Shown here one piece after another: positions 8,013 through 16,663 of a stretch of 32,000 bases of DNA. Each line of letters starts with the position of its first letter. Positions within the stretch are counted from its first letter, which is position 1. The notes under the pieces are model-generated. The model did no database searches, was not told the DNA's origin, and saw only the letters and a list, made by a program, of their open reading frames with translations. The DNA lies in the NCBI GenBank assembly GCA_049296095.1, contig JBAQRV010000001.1:30001-62000 (forward strand), given 5' to 3'. The position numbers were made by a program, and so were the translations under genes. The DNA comes from Candidatus Saccharimonadota bacterium. GTDB lineage: Bacteria > Patescibacteriota > Saccharimonadia > Saccharimonadales > Saccharimonadaceae.

Positions 8013-8127
8013 TATCTATTATCGGGATGAGGGCTACCAATAAGTTAGTATTCTGTCACATAAAGATCATAGACTCGATCACTAATAAGAGGTAAAATAG
8101 GCACAGATTCATAGGGAGATTCAGTCC

Positions 8128-9684
8128 GTGCCAGAAGACCAAAAGAAACAATTGCAGACACAACTTTGGAGTATTGCCAACGATCTTCGCGGCAAGATGG
8201 GTGCTGATGAATTCAGGGACTATATTCTTGGATTTATTTTCTATAAATATCTTTCTGAAAAGATGGAGCTCTATGCTGACGACCTACTTGAAACAGATGG
8301 TCTGAAATATGCTCAGATTGATGAAACTACTCCGAGGGCCAGTGAAATCATCGAAGCTGTTCAAGAAAATGCTGTCGACAAATTAGGTTATTTCTTAAAA
8401 CCAAACGAGCTGTTTACCCGAATCGCCGCGCATGGAACGGCGAGTGACAACTTAATTGAGGAGCTTGAACGAATCCTTAATAACATTCAAAACAGCACGA
8501 TGGGTCATGATAGTGAAGATGATTTTGAAAGCCTTTTCTCAGAGCTTGATCTTAACTCGCAACGTTTAGGAAAAACAGTCTCACAACGAGCAGAGCTGAT
8601 TGGTAAGGTCTTGGTACACTTGGATAAGATTGATTTTCAGCTACAAAATAGTACCATTGATGTCCTAGGTGATGCGTATGAATATCTCATCAGTCAGTTT
8701 GCATCGGGTGCGGGTAAAAAGGCTGGTGAATTTTATACTCCCCAGGAAGTCTCGACGGTCCTCGCGCGTATCGTGACAGATGGCAAGAAGAAATTAAAAA
8801 CCGTCTATGACCCGACGGCCGGATCGGGTTCCTTGTTGCTCCGTGTTGCTCGCTACGTCGAAGAAGTTGGTATGTTTTACGGACAAGAACTCAACAATAC
8901 GACCTACAACCTAGCACGTATGAACATGATTCTTCATGACGTGAATTACGATCGTTTTGATATCAAGCAAGAAGATACACTAGAACACCCACAACACCTG
9001 CAGTACAAATTTGAGGCGATTGTGGCTAACCCTCCATTTAGTGCTAACTGGTCGGCTGACCCAATTCACTTACAAGATGATCGCTTTAGTGGGTATGGTA
9101 AGTTAGCTCCAAGCAGCAAGGCGGATTATGCATTTATTCAGCATATGATTTATCAGCTTGATGAGAATGGCACGATGGCGGTGGTTATGCCTCATGGCGT
9201 ATTGTTCCGTGGCGGGGCAGAAGGGGTCATTCGTGAGTATCTGATTCGAGAAAAGAATTATTTAGATGCGGTGATTGGTTTGCCCGCAAACCTTTTCTTT
9301 GGAACTTCGATTCCTGCGACTATTCTAGTATTTAAGAAGTGCCGAAAAGATACCGGTCATATATTGTTTATTGACGCTAGCAAACATTTTGAAAAGGGCA
9401 AGAATCAGAATCGACTACGACAAGTTGATATCGATAAAATTATTAACACACTTGAATATCGCAAGTCTGTAGATAGATATAGTTACGTAGCGCCACTCAG
9501 CGAGATAAAAGAGAACGATTATAATCTAAACATTCCACGCTATGTTGATACATTTGAGGAAGAAGAAGAGATTGATCTGAATGCCGTGACAGAGGAAATC
9601 CGTAAGCTGGATACGGAGTCTTCAGAGTTAGATGCAAAGATTGCTAAATATACAAAGGAACTCGGCATACAGTCGCCGTATTAA
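8128..9684 (+). CDS. hsdM: type I restriction-modification system, DNA methyltransferase subunit M
   Basis: 518 aa. GTG start preceded by AGGGAG. N-terminal LWSIANDLRG helix, AdoMet motif VYDPTAGSGSLL and catalytic NPPF (IVANPPFS). Confidence 0.92.
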   Translation: MPEDQKKQLQTQLWSIANDLRGKMGADEFRDYILGFIFYKYLSEKMELYADDLLETDGLKYAQIDETTPRASEIIEAVQENAVDKLGYFLKPNELFTRIAAHGTASDNLIEELERILNNIQNSTMGHDSEDDFESLFSELDLNSQRLGKTVSQRAELIGKVLVHLDKIDFQLQNSTIDVLGDAYEYLISQFASGAGKKAGEFYTPQEVSTVLARIVTDGKKKLKTVYDPTAGSGSLLLRVARYVEEVGMFYGQELNNTTYNLARMNMILHDVNYDRFDIKQEDTLEHPQHLQYKFEAIVANPPFSANWSADPIHLQDDRFSGYGKLAPSSKADYAFIQHMIYQLDENGTMAVVMPHGVLFRGGAEGVIREYLIREKNYLDAVIGLPANLFFGTSIPATILVFKKCRKDTGHILFIDASKHFEKGKNQNRLRQVDIDKIINTLEYRKSVDRYSYVAPLSEIKENDYNLNIPRYVDTFEEEEEIDLNAVTEEIRKLDTESSELDAKIAKYTKELGIQSPY

Positions 9685-9687
9685 GCC

Positions 9688-10866
9688 ATGGGCCTCATCT
9701 CACAAGCTAAAGATATCTATATACCTAAACTACGCTTCTCCGAGTTTTATGATAAGTGGGAGGTTAAATCACTCTTAAGCGTAGTATCTTTTAGAAATGG
9801 CAAGCCTTTCGAAACTTTCGTCGAAGAGAACGGTAAGTATAAACTGATTACAATAGACTCAGTAGATATAAACGGTAAATTAAAGACAAAGTTCAAAACA
9901 GTAAATCAAGCAGACGGTTCTTTAAGTAAGAACGATATCATTATCGTGCTTAGTGATATCGCTCACGGCTACCTATTGGGGCGCTCATGTTTAATACCTG
10001 AAAATGATACTTTCGTGCTTAACCAACGAATGGGAAGGTTGAGGCCTAAGCAGAAAGATTCAGCCGCTTTTATCAGTTTGTATATAAATAACCACCAATA
10101 CTTTTTTAGAAGTAGAGGCCAGGGAACCTCGCAGAGACATATATATGAACGCGATATTAATCAATTTGAAATTAAATTACCATCGACTATTGAACAACAA
10201 AAAATTGCTGCATTTTTAACGACCATAGAGGATAAGCTGACAGTAGATGAGAATCAGTTAGACCTATTAAGGAAGTACAAAAAGAGTGTAGTAAAAAAAA
10301 TCTTTAGGCAAGAAATTCAGTTTATGAACGATGCAAATCAACCTTACCCTAAATGGGCTGAAGTAAAGATCGGTGATATAACACAGAATTATGATAATAA
10401 ACGAAAGCCTATATCTTCAGAATTACGTACGGCGGGCGAGTTTCCTTATTACGGCGCAAATGGCGTAGTTGATTATGTAGAGGATTACATATTCAATGGT
10501 GAGTATGTATTAGTGGCGGAAGATGGAGTGGTCGATATTTCTAAGTATCCAGTCCATTTTGTAAGGGGAAAATTCTGGGTTAATAATCATGCTCATGTTC
10601 TGCAAGGCAAGGATGTCGATAATATATTCTTGTACTATGTTTTGCACAGCACCAGGTTTGTAAAGTATATTACAGGTTCAGCGCAGACCAAGTTAAATAA
10701 TCAAATATTAAGAAGTATTAAAGTTACCATACCGATTGATGAAGGTGAACAGCGCAAAATAGCTGATTTTTTGTCTACGATAGACGCCAAGATTCAAATC
10801 GAAGAAGCAAAGCTGAGGGAATCAAAAAAGTTTAGAGCGGCCCTCGTGCAAAGGATGTTTGTATGA
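9688..10866 (+). CDS. hsdS: type I restriction-modification system, specificity subunit S
   Basis: 392 aa. Two variable target-recognition halves are each followed by the conserved spacer helix (EQQKIAAFLTTIEDKL and EQRKIADFLSTIDAKI). Confidence 0.9.
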   Translation: MGLISQAKDIYIPKLRFSEFYDKWEVKSLLSVVSFRNGKPFETFVEENGKYKLITIDSVDINGKLKTKFKTVNQADGSLSKNDIIIVLSDIAHGYLLGRSCLIPENDTFVLNQRMGRLRPKQKDSAAFISLYINNHQYFFRSRGQGTSQRHIYERDINQFEIKLPSTIEQQKIAAFLTTIEDKLTVDENQLDLLRKYKKSVVKKIFRQEIQFMNDANQPYPKWAEVKIGDITQNYDNKRKPISSELRTAGEFPYYGANGVVDYVEDYIFNGEYVLVAEDGVVDISKYPVHFVRGKFWVNNHAHVLQGKDVDNIFLYYVLHSTRFVKYITGSAQTKLNNQILRSIKVTIPIDEGEQRKIADFLSTIDAKIQIEEAKLRESKKFRAALVQRMFV

Positions 10867-11363
10867 GCAATGTTCAGCACGTTCTCTTCTATTCTCAAAT
10901 CACATTTGCAATGAATGCTGCACGGATACATAAATCATTGGCAATGGATAGAGAATTCAATAGAACAGAGCGCGAATTAATCACATACTCACAGGGTGTG
11001 ATGATTATTAACGCTGCAAAAATATGGGATAGAACAGGATATAATATAGAGAAATTTATACGCCAATCGAACGCGAAGGACGACGAGAAGGGTAGGCTAT
11101 TAAAAGGAGCATTGAAGATAAAAACGGGCCATCGGGTAACGATCGATAAGGTGAAATTGTGGCGAAATAAACTTATTGCTCACCTCGATAAAGATATGAA
11201 TACTACGGAGCAATTTAACGAATTTGACGGAGATGTTTCTGATATACAAATGATGATACAGGATGTTGCCGACCTTGTATCAAGCGCGAGTTGGTATCCT
11301 GAGAAGAATAGACCAATGACATTTCTCGACTATGACCAGATAAAAAGTGAGTTAAAACTATGA
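10863..11363 (+). CDS. small HEPN-motif protein (AbiU2-like) embedded between hsdS and hsdR
   Basis: 166 aa, predicted all-helical. The Rx4-6H motif is R101-NKLIA-H107 (WRNKLIAHLD, codons 11163-11183). ATGA overlaps at both ends (10863-10866 and 11360-11363). Confidence 0.55.
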   Translation: MSNVQHVLFYSQITFAMNAARIHKSLAMDREFNRTERELITYSQGVMIINAAKIWDRTGYNIEKFIRQSNAKDDEKGRLLKGALKIKTGHRVTIDKVKLWRNKLIAHLDKDMNTTEQFNEFDGDVSDIQMMIQDVADLVSSASWYPEKNRPMTFLDYDQIKSELKL

Positions 11364-14218
11364 CCACCCAATCCGAACAGTCCCTTGAAAACGAACTTCT
11401 TACCCAACTCCAGGGCTTGAAATACGAGCGTATCATCATTTCGGACGAGGCGAGCCTGGTTGCCAATCTTCGTACTCAAATAGAAAAGCACAACAATATT
11501 ACACTTACCGATAAAGAATTCACAAAAATTCTCAACCATCTCAGCAAGGGTAATGTCTACGAACGTGCTAAGATCCTGCGTGATAAATTTCATCTCATTC
11601 GCGATGATGGAAAGACGCCGCTCTACATAGAATTCTTTAATTCTCGTGACTGGTGTCACAACGAATTTCAAGTTACCAATCAAGTAACTGTCGAAGGAAG
11701 CTACAAGAACCGCTACGATGTCACTATTCTCATCAATGGTTTACCTCTTGTACAAATAGAGTTGAAGCGCAACGGACTTGGTTTAAAAGAAGCGTTCAAC
11801 CAGACGAATCGTTACCAGCGCCATAGCTACGATGCAAGTTATGGTCTTTTCCAATATATTCAAATGTTTGTTATTAGTAACGGCTCTAATACCAAATACT
11901 ATGCCAATAATCGAAAGCAAGATTTTAAGTTTACTTCATTCTGGACGGACGTAGATAACAACAAGATTACAGAACTTCATGAGTTTACTGATGTTTTCCT
12001 CGATCGATGTCACGTTGCAAAAATGATCGCCAAATATACTGTGCTGACAGAAGCAAGGACATTAATGTTGCTTCGGCCATATCAATACTACGCAGTGGAG
12101 AAAATTGTAGATCGAGTAAAGAATAGCACCAAAGGTGGTTATATATGGCACACCACAGGAAGTGGGAAGACCCTTACCTCCTTTAAAGCTAGTCAGATCC
12201 TGGTTGACCTTCCCGAGATTTATAAAGTAGTCTTTGTCGTTGACCGAAATGACTTGGATACCCAGACCATACGTGAATTTAATGAATTCCGAAAAGACAG
12301 TGTCGATAGCACTGACAGTACGCGTAACCTAGTGAAGCAGTTCGGTGATCCGGATACGAAGCTTATTGTCACCACGATTCAAAAACTCAACAATGCAATC
12401 ACAAACGACCGACACGCTCTAAAAATGGATAAACTGCGTGACGAAAAGGTAGTATTTATCTTTGATGAATGTCATCGTAGCCAGTTCGGTGAGACACATA
12501 AAAAGATCACCGAATACTTCACTAATCATCAGCTATTCGGATTCACGGGGACGCCTATCTTTGCCGAGAATGCCAGTGGTAACGGCCTGGGTAAGCGCAC
12601 GACAGCGGACCTATTCGGAGAAAAGCTCCATAGCTATGTCATTACTGACGCAATTGGAGATGAGAATGTCTTGAAGTTTGCAGTGGAGTACGTAGGTAAA
12701 TATAAATACAAAGACGGGAGTGCGAATAATGTTGATATTGACGTCGAGGCAATAGACAAAAAAGAATTAATGGAATCACCGCAACGGCTTGAGAAGATAG
12801 TTGATTATATTTTGGATTATCACGCGGCCAAGACCTATAACTGTGATTACTCGGCCATCTTTGCAGTCAGTAACGTCGACACCCTTACTAAATATTACGA
12901 GATTTTTAAGGCCAAACAAGCAGGACTCGATCGACCACTCCGTATTGCAACTATCTTTAGCTATGCAGCAAACGAGGATGATAAAGACGCTAACGGTATG
13001 CTCGATGCTGATATCGATATAACGACAAGCGGTCCGATCAATCAACATTCTCGCGATAAGTTAGAGAGTTATATTGCGGACTATAATGCGCAATTCGGGA
13101 CAAACTACACAACGAAAGATAGTAAGAGTTTTTATAGCTACTATCGAGACATTGGGCAGAAGCTAAAGAATCGTGAGAAGACTGACTTACCAGAAGATCG
13201 AATAGACATCCTACTGGTGGTCAATATGTTCCTGACGGGATTTGATGCGAAAAAAGTAAATACGCTCTACGTTGACAAGAATTTGCGTTACCATGGGTTA
13301 TTGCAGGCTTACTCACGGACAAATCGAATTATTAATGAAACGAAATCCCAGGGTAATATTGTTGTATTCCGTAACTTAAAAGAAGCGACTGATGACGCCC
13401 TTGCGTTGTTTGCAGATAAGAATGCGAATGAGACGATCTTCATTGAGCCTTACGAGCACCACATTGTTGCCTTTAATGCTGCGCTCGCACATCTCCTCCA
13501 ACTGACTCCTTCTCCGGCCGATGTCGATAGATTGGTAGGGGAACAGGCAGAGCTTGATTTTGTGACTGCATTCCGTGAGTTACTGCGACTCAAGAATACA
13601 CTTATTACTTTCGCGGATTTCACCTTTGATCACACTGGCATATCAGAGCAAGTCTTCGAAAGCTTTAAGAGCAAGTATCTCGATATCTATGCCAAGGTTC
13701 GTCATGAGCATGAACCCGAGAAAGTCTCTATCTTAAATGATGTTGACTTTGAGCTAGAGCTTATTCGTCGTGACGACGTGAACGTCGATTATATCCTAAG
13801 GCTCTTAACGCAATTAGTCGGCGCGTCAGGCGAGGACAAGACTCGCTTAATCCGTAATATTTTCTCAACCATGTCCGGTGACCCTGTACTGCGAAGTAAA
13901 CGAGACTTAATTGAAAAGTTTATTAACGGGACAATTCCTAAGATCAGCGACAGAGAAGAGGTTGAGAGTGCATTCGAAAACTTTTGGTCAGTGGAGCGTG
14001 CCGACGCTTTAAAACGTATAAGTGATGAAGAGGGTGCGGTCAGTGAGAAATTAGAGAAGCTGGTAGAAGACTATATATTTACCAATCGAAAGCCACGACG
14101 GTCGGATCTTGTGAATGCGCTGGTCAAGAAGCCAGGCATTTTGCAAATAAATGGCATCCTCAAGCGACTTAATGCAAAATTTAGTGACTATCTAGAGACG
14201 TTCGTAGATGGTGCTTAG
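11360..14218 (+). CDS. hsdR: type I restriction enzyme, endonuclease/translocase subunit R (EcoR124-like, type IC by recollection)
   Basis: 952 aa. N-terminal PD-(D/E)xK core YDVTILINGLPLVQIELKR, Walker A TTGSGKT, DEAH-type FDECHRSQ and FVISNGSNTKYYANN. Confidence 0.92.
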   Translation: MTTQSEQSLENELLTQLQGLKYERIIISDEASLVANLRTQIEKHNNITLTDKEFTKILNHLSKGNVYERAKILRDKFHLIRDDGKTPLYIEFFNSRDWCHNEFQVTNQVTVEGSYKNRYDVTILINGLPLVQIELKRNGLGLKEAFNQTNRYQRHSYDASYGLFQYIQMFVISNGSNTKYYANNRKQDFKFTSFWTDVDNNKITELHEFTDVFLDRCHVAKMIAKYTVLTEARTLMLLRPYQYYAVEKIVDRVKNSTKGGYIWHTTGSGKTLTSFKASQILVDLPEIYKVVFVVDRNDLDTQTIREFNEFRKDSVDSTDSTRNLVKQFGDPDTKLIVTTIQKLNNAITNDRHALKMDKLRDEKVVFIFDECHRSQFGETHKKITEYFTNHQLFGFTGTPIFAENASGNGLGKRTTADLFGEKLHSYVITDAIGDENVLKFAVEYVGKYKYKDGSANNVDIDVEAIDKKELMESPQRLEKIVDYILDYHAAKTYNCDYSAIFAVSNVDTLTKYYEIFKAKQAGLDRPLRIATIFSYAANEDDKDANGMLDADIDITTSGPINQHSRDKLESYIADYNAQFGTNYTTKDSKSFYSYYRDIGQKLKNREKTDLPEDRIDILLVVNMFLTGFDAKKVNTLYVDKNLRYHGLLQAYSRTNRIINETKSQGNIVVFRNLKEATDDALALFADKNANETIFIEPYEHHIVAFNAALAHLLQLTPSPADVDRLVGEQAELDFVTAFRELLRLKNTLITFADFTFDHTGISEQVFESFKSKYLDIYAKVRHEHEPEKVSILNDVDFELELIRRDDVNVDYILRLLTQLVGASGEDKTRLIRNIFSTMSGDPVLRSKRDLIEKFINGTIPKISDREEVESAFENFWSVERADALKRISDEEGAVSEKLEKLVEDYIFTNRKPRRSDLVNALVKKPGILQINGILKRLNAKFSDYLETFVDGA

Positions 14219-14294
14219 GTGAGTCTATTATGTTTGACTTGCTCAAGACGGCACGCTATGGGCATTTTGGCCACGAAGGATTCAGCTGGGAAAA

Positions 14295-14690
14295 TTAGTT
14301 ATCCTTAAAAATCGAATAAAGTATAACCACCACAATACCACCAAGAACAATCCAGCCCCAGTCGAATCCGTCATCTGAATCTGAACTCGAGCTATAGTCA
14401 GAGTCATCGTAAGAGTAGCTACTATCGTATGACTCGCTATCATCATAGTCGGAAGAATAGTCGTATTCAGAAGGGAGCGATTCACAAGCTACCCCGTCAT
14501 CATCACCATCGAGGTAGTTAGGGTCTCCATAATTACTTTCGTACTCGTCTTGCGCTTCTTCCTGGGTAGAGAAGTCGTCGCAGTTATATTGGTTGTAGGC
14601 AGATGCGGGCGTCGTCACAGAGAGGGTGGTCAGCGTTAAGGCAAACACTATAGCAATAGACAATAGGAACGTGCGGCGCAGTATCTGCAT
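14295..14690 (-). CDS. secreted/anchored Excalibur calcium-binding domain protein
   Basis: 131 aa. It has a signal peptide, the Excalibur motif [12 protein letters not shown]...[15 protein letters not shown], an Asp/Ser/Tyr-rich tail and a C-terminal TM segment [18 protein letters not shown]. Confidence 0.75.
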   Translation of the reverse strand: MQILRRTFLLSIAIVFALTLTTLSVTTPASAYNQYNCDDFSTQEEAQDEYESNYGDPNYLDGDDDGVACESLPSEYDYSSDYDDSESYDSSYSYDDSDYSSSSDSDDGFDWGWIVLGGIVVVILYSIFKDN

Positions 14691-14792
14691 GATGACGCTA
14701 TTATACGCTTTGGAACTGTCAAACTGAAAAGATAAACGATACTTAATTTAAAACAGGTCACAGAGCATAAGCTAGAAAACCAAAAAGTAAAA

Positions 14793-14801
14793 TGGTATAA
14801 T
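14793..14801 (+). promoter_or_regulatory. extended -10 (TGgTATAAT) 6 nt upstream of the vbhA-like start codon
   Basis: TATAAT lies at 14796-14801 and the ATG at 14808, with no usable SD spacing. This implies a leaderless transcript. Confidence 0.55.
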
Positions 14802-14807
14802 GAGGGC

Positions 14808-15008
14808 ATGATTACGTCAAAAAATGCACGTAGAGAAAAAGCGGTTTCGGCAGCAATTTGGTCAGTCAAAGCTGAGGGGTTACGTTCTTCAAAAAGTGCC
14901 AGCCGCAATCTAAAACAATACGCATCTGGCAAGATATCCGCCAAACAACTTCGCACTAATACGACACTCCATGTCCAGTCTGTTGTTATGCGCCACACCG
15001 TTAAATAA
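14808..15008 (+). CDS. VbhA-type antitoxin (Fic inhibitory module)
   Basis: 66 aa. It contains the inhibitory motif [S/T]xxxE[G/N] as S-VKA-E-G (WSVKAEGL; compare VbhA SQRLEGL). It ends 3 nt before the Fic gene. Confidence 0.7.
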   Translation: MITSKNARREKAVSAAIWSVKAEGLRSSKSASRNLKQYASGKISAKQLRTNTTLHVQSVVMRHTVK

Positions 15009-15011
15009 CTT

Positions 15012-15632
15012 ATGACGTACGATGTAGAGAACGATCCTTATATCGATAAGGATACTAAAATTCTTCGGAATATCTTTGGTCTCGCCGACCAGAAAGCATT
15101 AGATGAAGTTGAATTCTCTATAACCTCGACTGAAATTGCTATCCTTGAAGAATATATTATTGATGGTGGCTTTGATCTTGATCATTTGTGTAGGATTCAC
15201 AAACAAATATTTGGCCAGTTATATGATTGGGCGGGCGAAATTCGGACTGTTGATATGGCAAAGGATAAAACTCGTTTCGCTCACGCTGAGCATATCGTGG
15301 CCTATGCGAGCGACTTGTTTACACAACTCGAACAAGAGAAGTATCTCAAAGGATTAGTAGAGGGTGATTTTATTGAACGGTTCTCCCATTATTACTCTGA
15401 GGTAAATATTTTACATCCGTTTCGTGAAGGTAACGGTCGTACGCAGAGGGCATTTTTTACATTACTGGCTAGATATAATGGTTACCACGTAGCCTGGGAT
15501 CAAATGAACCAGAATGATAATATAGCCGCCAGTATTGCAGCATACAACGGTGACGAAGGCCCTTTGATTGAAATACTGTATCCATTACTAGAATGGGTCC
15601 ACGAAGAGTATTGGAATATACACCCGCATTAA
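15012..15632 (+). CDS. Fic-domain toxin (class I, FicT/VbhT-like AMP-transferase)
   Basis: 206 aa. Canonical Fic motif HPFREGNGRTQR, with the upstream FGQLYDWAGEIRTVDMAK region. Confidence 0.88.
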   Translation: MTYDVENDPYIDKDTKILRNIFGLADQKALDEVEFSITSTEIAILEEYIIDGGFDLDHLCRIHKQIFGQLYDWAGEIRTVDMAKDKTRFAHAEHIVAYASDLFTQLEQEKYLKGLVEGDFIERFSHYYSEVNILHPFREGNGRTQRAFFTLLARYNGYHVAWDQMNQNDNIAASIAAYNGDEGPLIEILYPLLEWVHEEYWNIHPH

Positions 15633-15682
15633 TCTCGCCATTTTTCAAAGATTTTAGCATAAGGGGATTATAATGAACCACA

Positions 15683-16663
15683 ATGAGACCTTTCATCGAA
15701 CGCAAAACCAACACCAATAACTTCACCTACTACAGAAAGGGCCGCAAGGTTACGGATGAGTCGACACTCAAGCGGATCGAGTCATTTGCGATTCCTCCTG
15801 CTTGGTCCGATGTTCAGATCGCGGTCAATCCACGCGCTAAGATCCAGGTCGAGGGGCGCGACGCTGCAGGAAAAAAGCAATATATTTACAGTCACCACCA
15901 CATTGCCCAGCAGCACGCCGCCAAGTTCGATCGTACCGTTCAGTTTGCTTTGAAGCTGCCGACCATGCGTCGTAGAGTTAAGAAAGATTTAAAGAATCGA
16001 AAGTATAATAAGGACAAGATCCTGGCCTGTACGGTCGCCTTACTCGACAGGACCTACCTACGAGTTGGCAATGAAAAGTATGCCAAAAAGAATGCTAGCT
16101 ATGGCTTGACAACACTTCGACGCAAGCACGTCTCAGTGAAAGATGACCGAGTCGTGTTTGATTTCATCGGCAAGAGCGGCAAGCACCAGCACACCGAAGT
16201 GAAGGATAAGGAGATCGCGCGTATCGTTAAGAAACTCGACGACATGCCTGGTTATGAAATCTTTCGTTACTATAATGAAAAGAACGAACTGGTCGATTTG
16301 AAGAGCGATGATGTCAATGAATACATCCGAACCATCATGGGGCCAGATTTTTCTGCCAAAGACTTCCGTACCTGGGGCGGGACGATGCTGGCGGCACTCG
16401 AGCTTTCCAGTACCGTTCGACCCGATGACGCGGCGACCCGTAAGCGCATGATGATCGATTGTGTCGAAACAGTTGCGCGTGAACTAGGCAATACACCTGC
16501 AGTTGCGCGCAGCTCTTATATCGACCCGTATATCTTTACTCAATATGAAAAATCTAATGACATTGCGAGGGTCTTTAGTCGCATCAAGAAGCTCCGAAAG
16601 ACGCAGTATCTTAGTAAGGATGAGCAGTGTGTGATTAAGTTGCTCAGTAAAAAACAGGCCTAG
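15683..16663 (+). CDS. DNA topoisomerase IB (poxvirus-like bacterial type)
   Basis: 326 aa. N-terminal FAIPPAWSDVQI, a catalytic region with AKDFRTWGGT, and the active-site Tyr motif ARSSYIDP. Confidence 0.8.
   Translation: MRPFIERKTNTNNFTYYRKGRKVTDESTLKRIESFAIPPAWSDVQIAVNPRAKIQVEGRDAAGKKQYIYSHHHIAQQHAAKFDRTVQFALKLPTMRRRVKKDLKNRKYNKDKILACTVALLDRTYLRVGNEKYAKKNASYGLTTLRRKHVSVKDDRVVFDFIGKSGKHQHTEVKDKEIARIVKKLDDMPGYEIFRYYNEKNELVDLKSDDVNEYIRTIMGPDFSAKDFRTWGGTMLAALELSSTVRPDDAATRKRMMIDCVETVARELGNTPAVARSSYIDPYIFTQYEKSNDIARVFSRIKKLRKTQYLSKDEQCVIKLLSKKQA

Noticed and set aside
8013-8127. Short shared strings (TCTATTAT, GATTCAG) in the regions flanking the R-M operon (8013-8127 and 14219-14294), considered as possible insertion direct repeats.
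   Set aside because: They are only 7-8 nt, AT-rich and not in a consistent arrangement, which is expected by chance.
15673-15720. ATG at 15673 preceded by AAGGGG, giving a 15-codon ORF upstream of TopIB.
   Set aside because: The ATG is part of the TATAAT(G) -10 box at 15669-15674. The ORF is out of frame with TopIB and too short to support.
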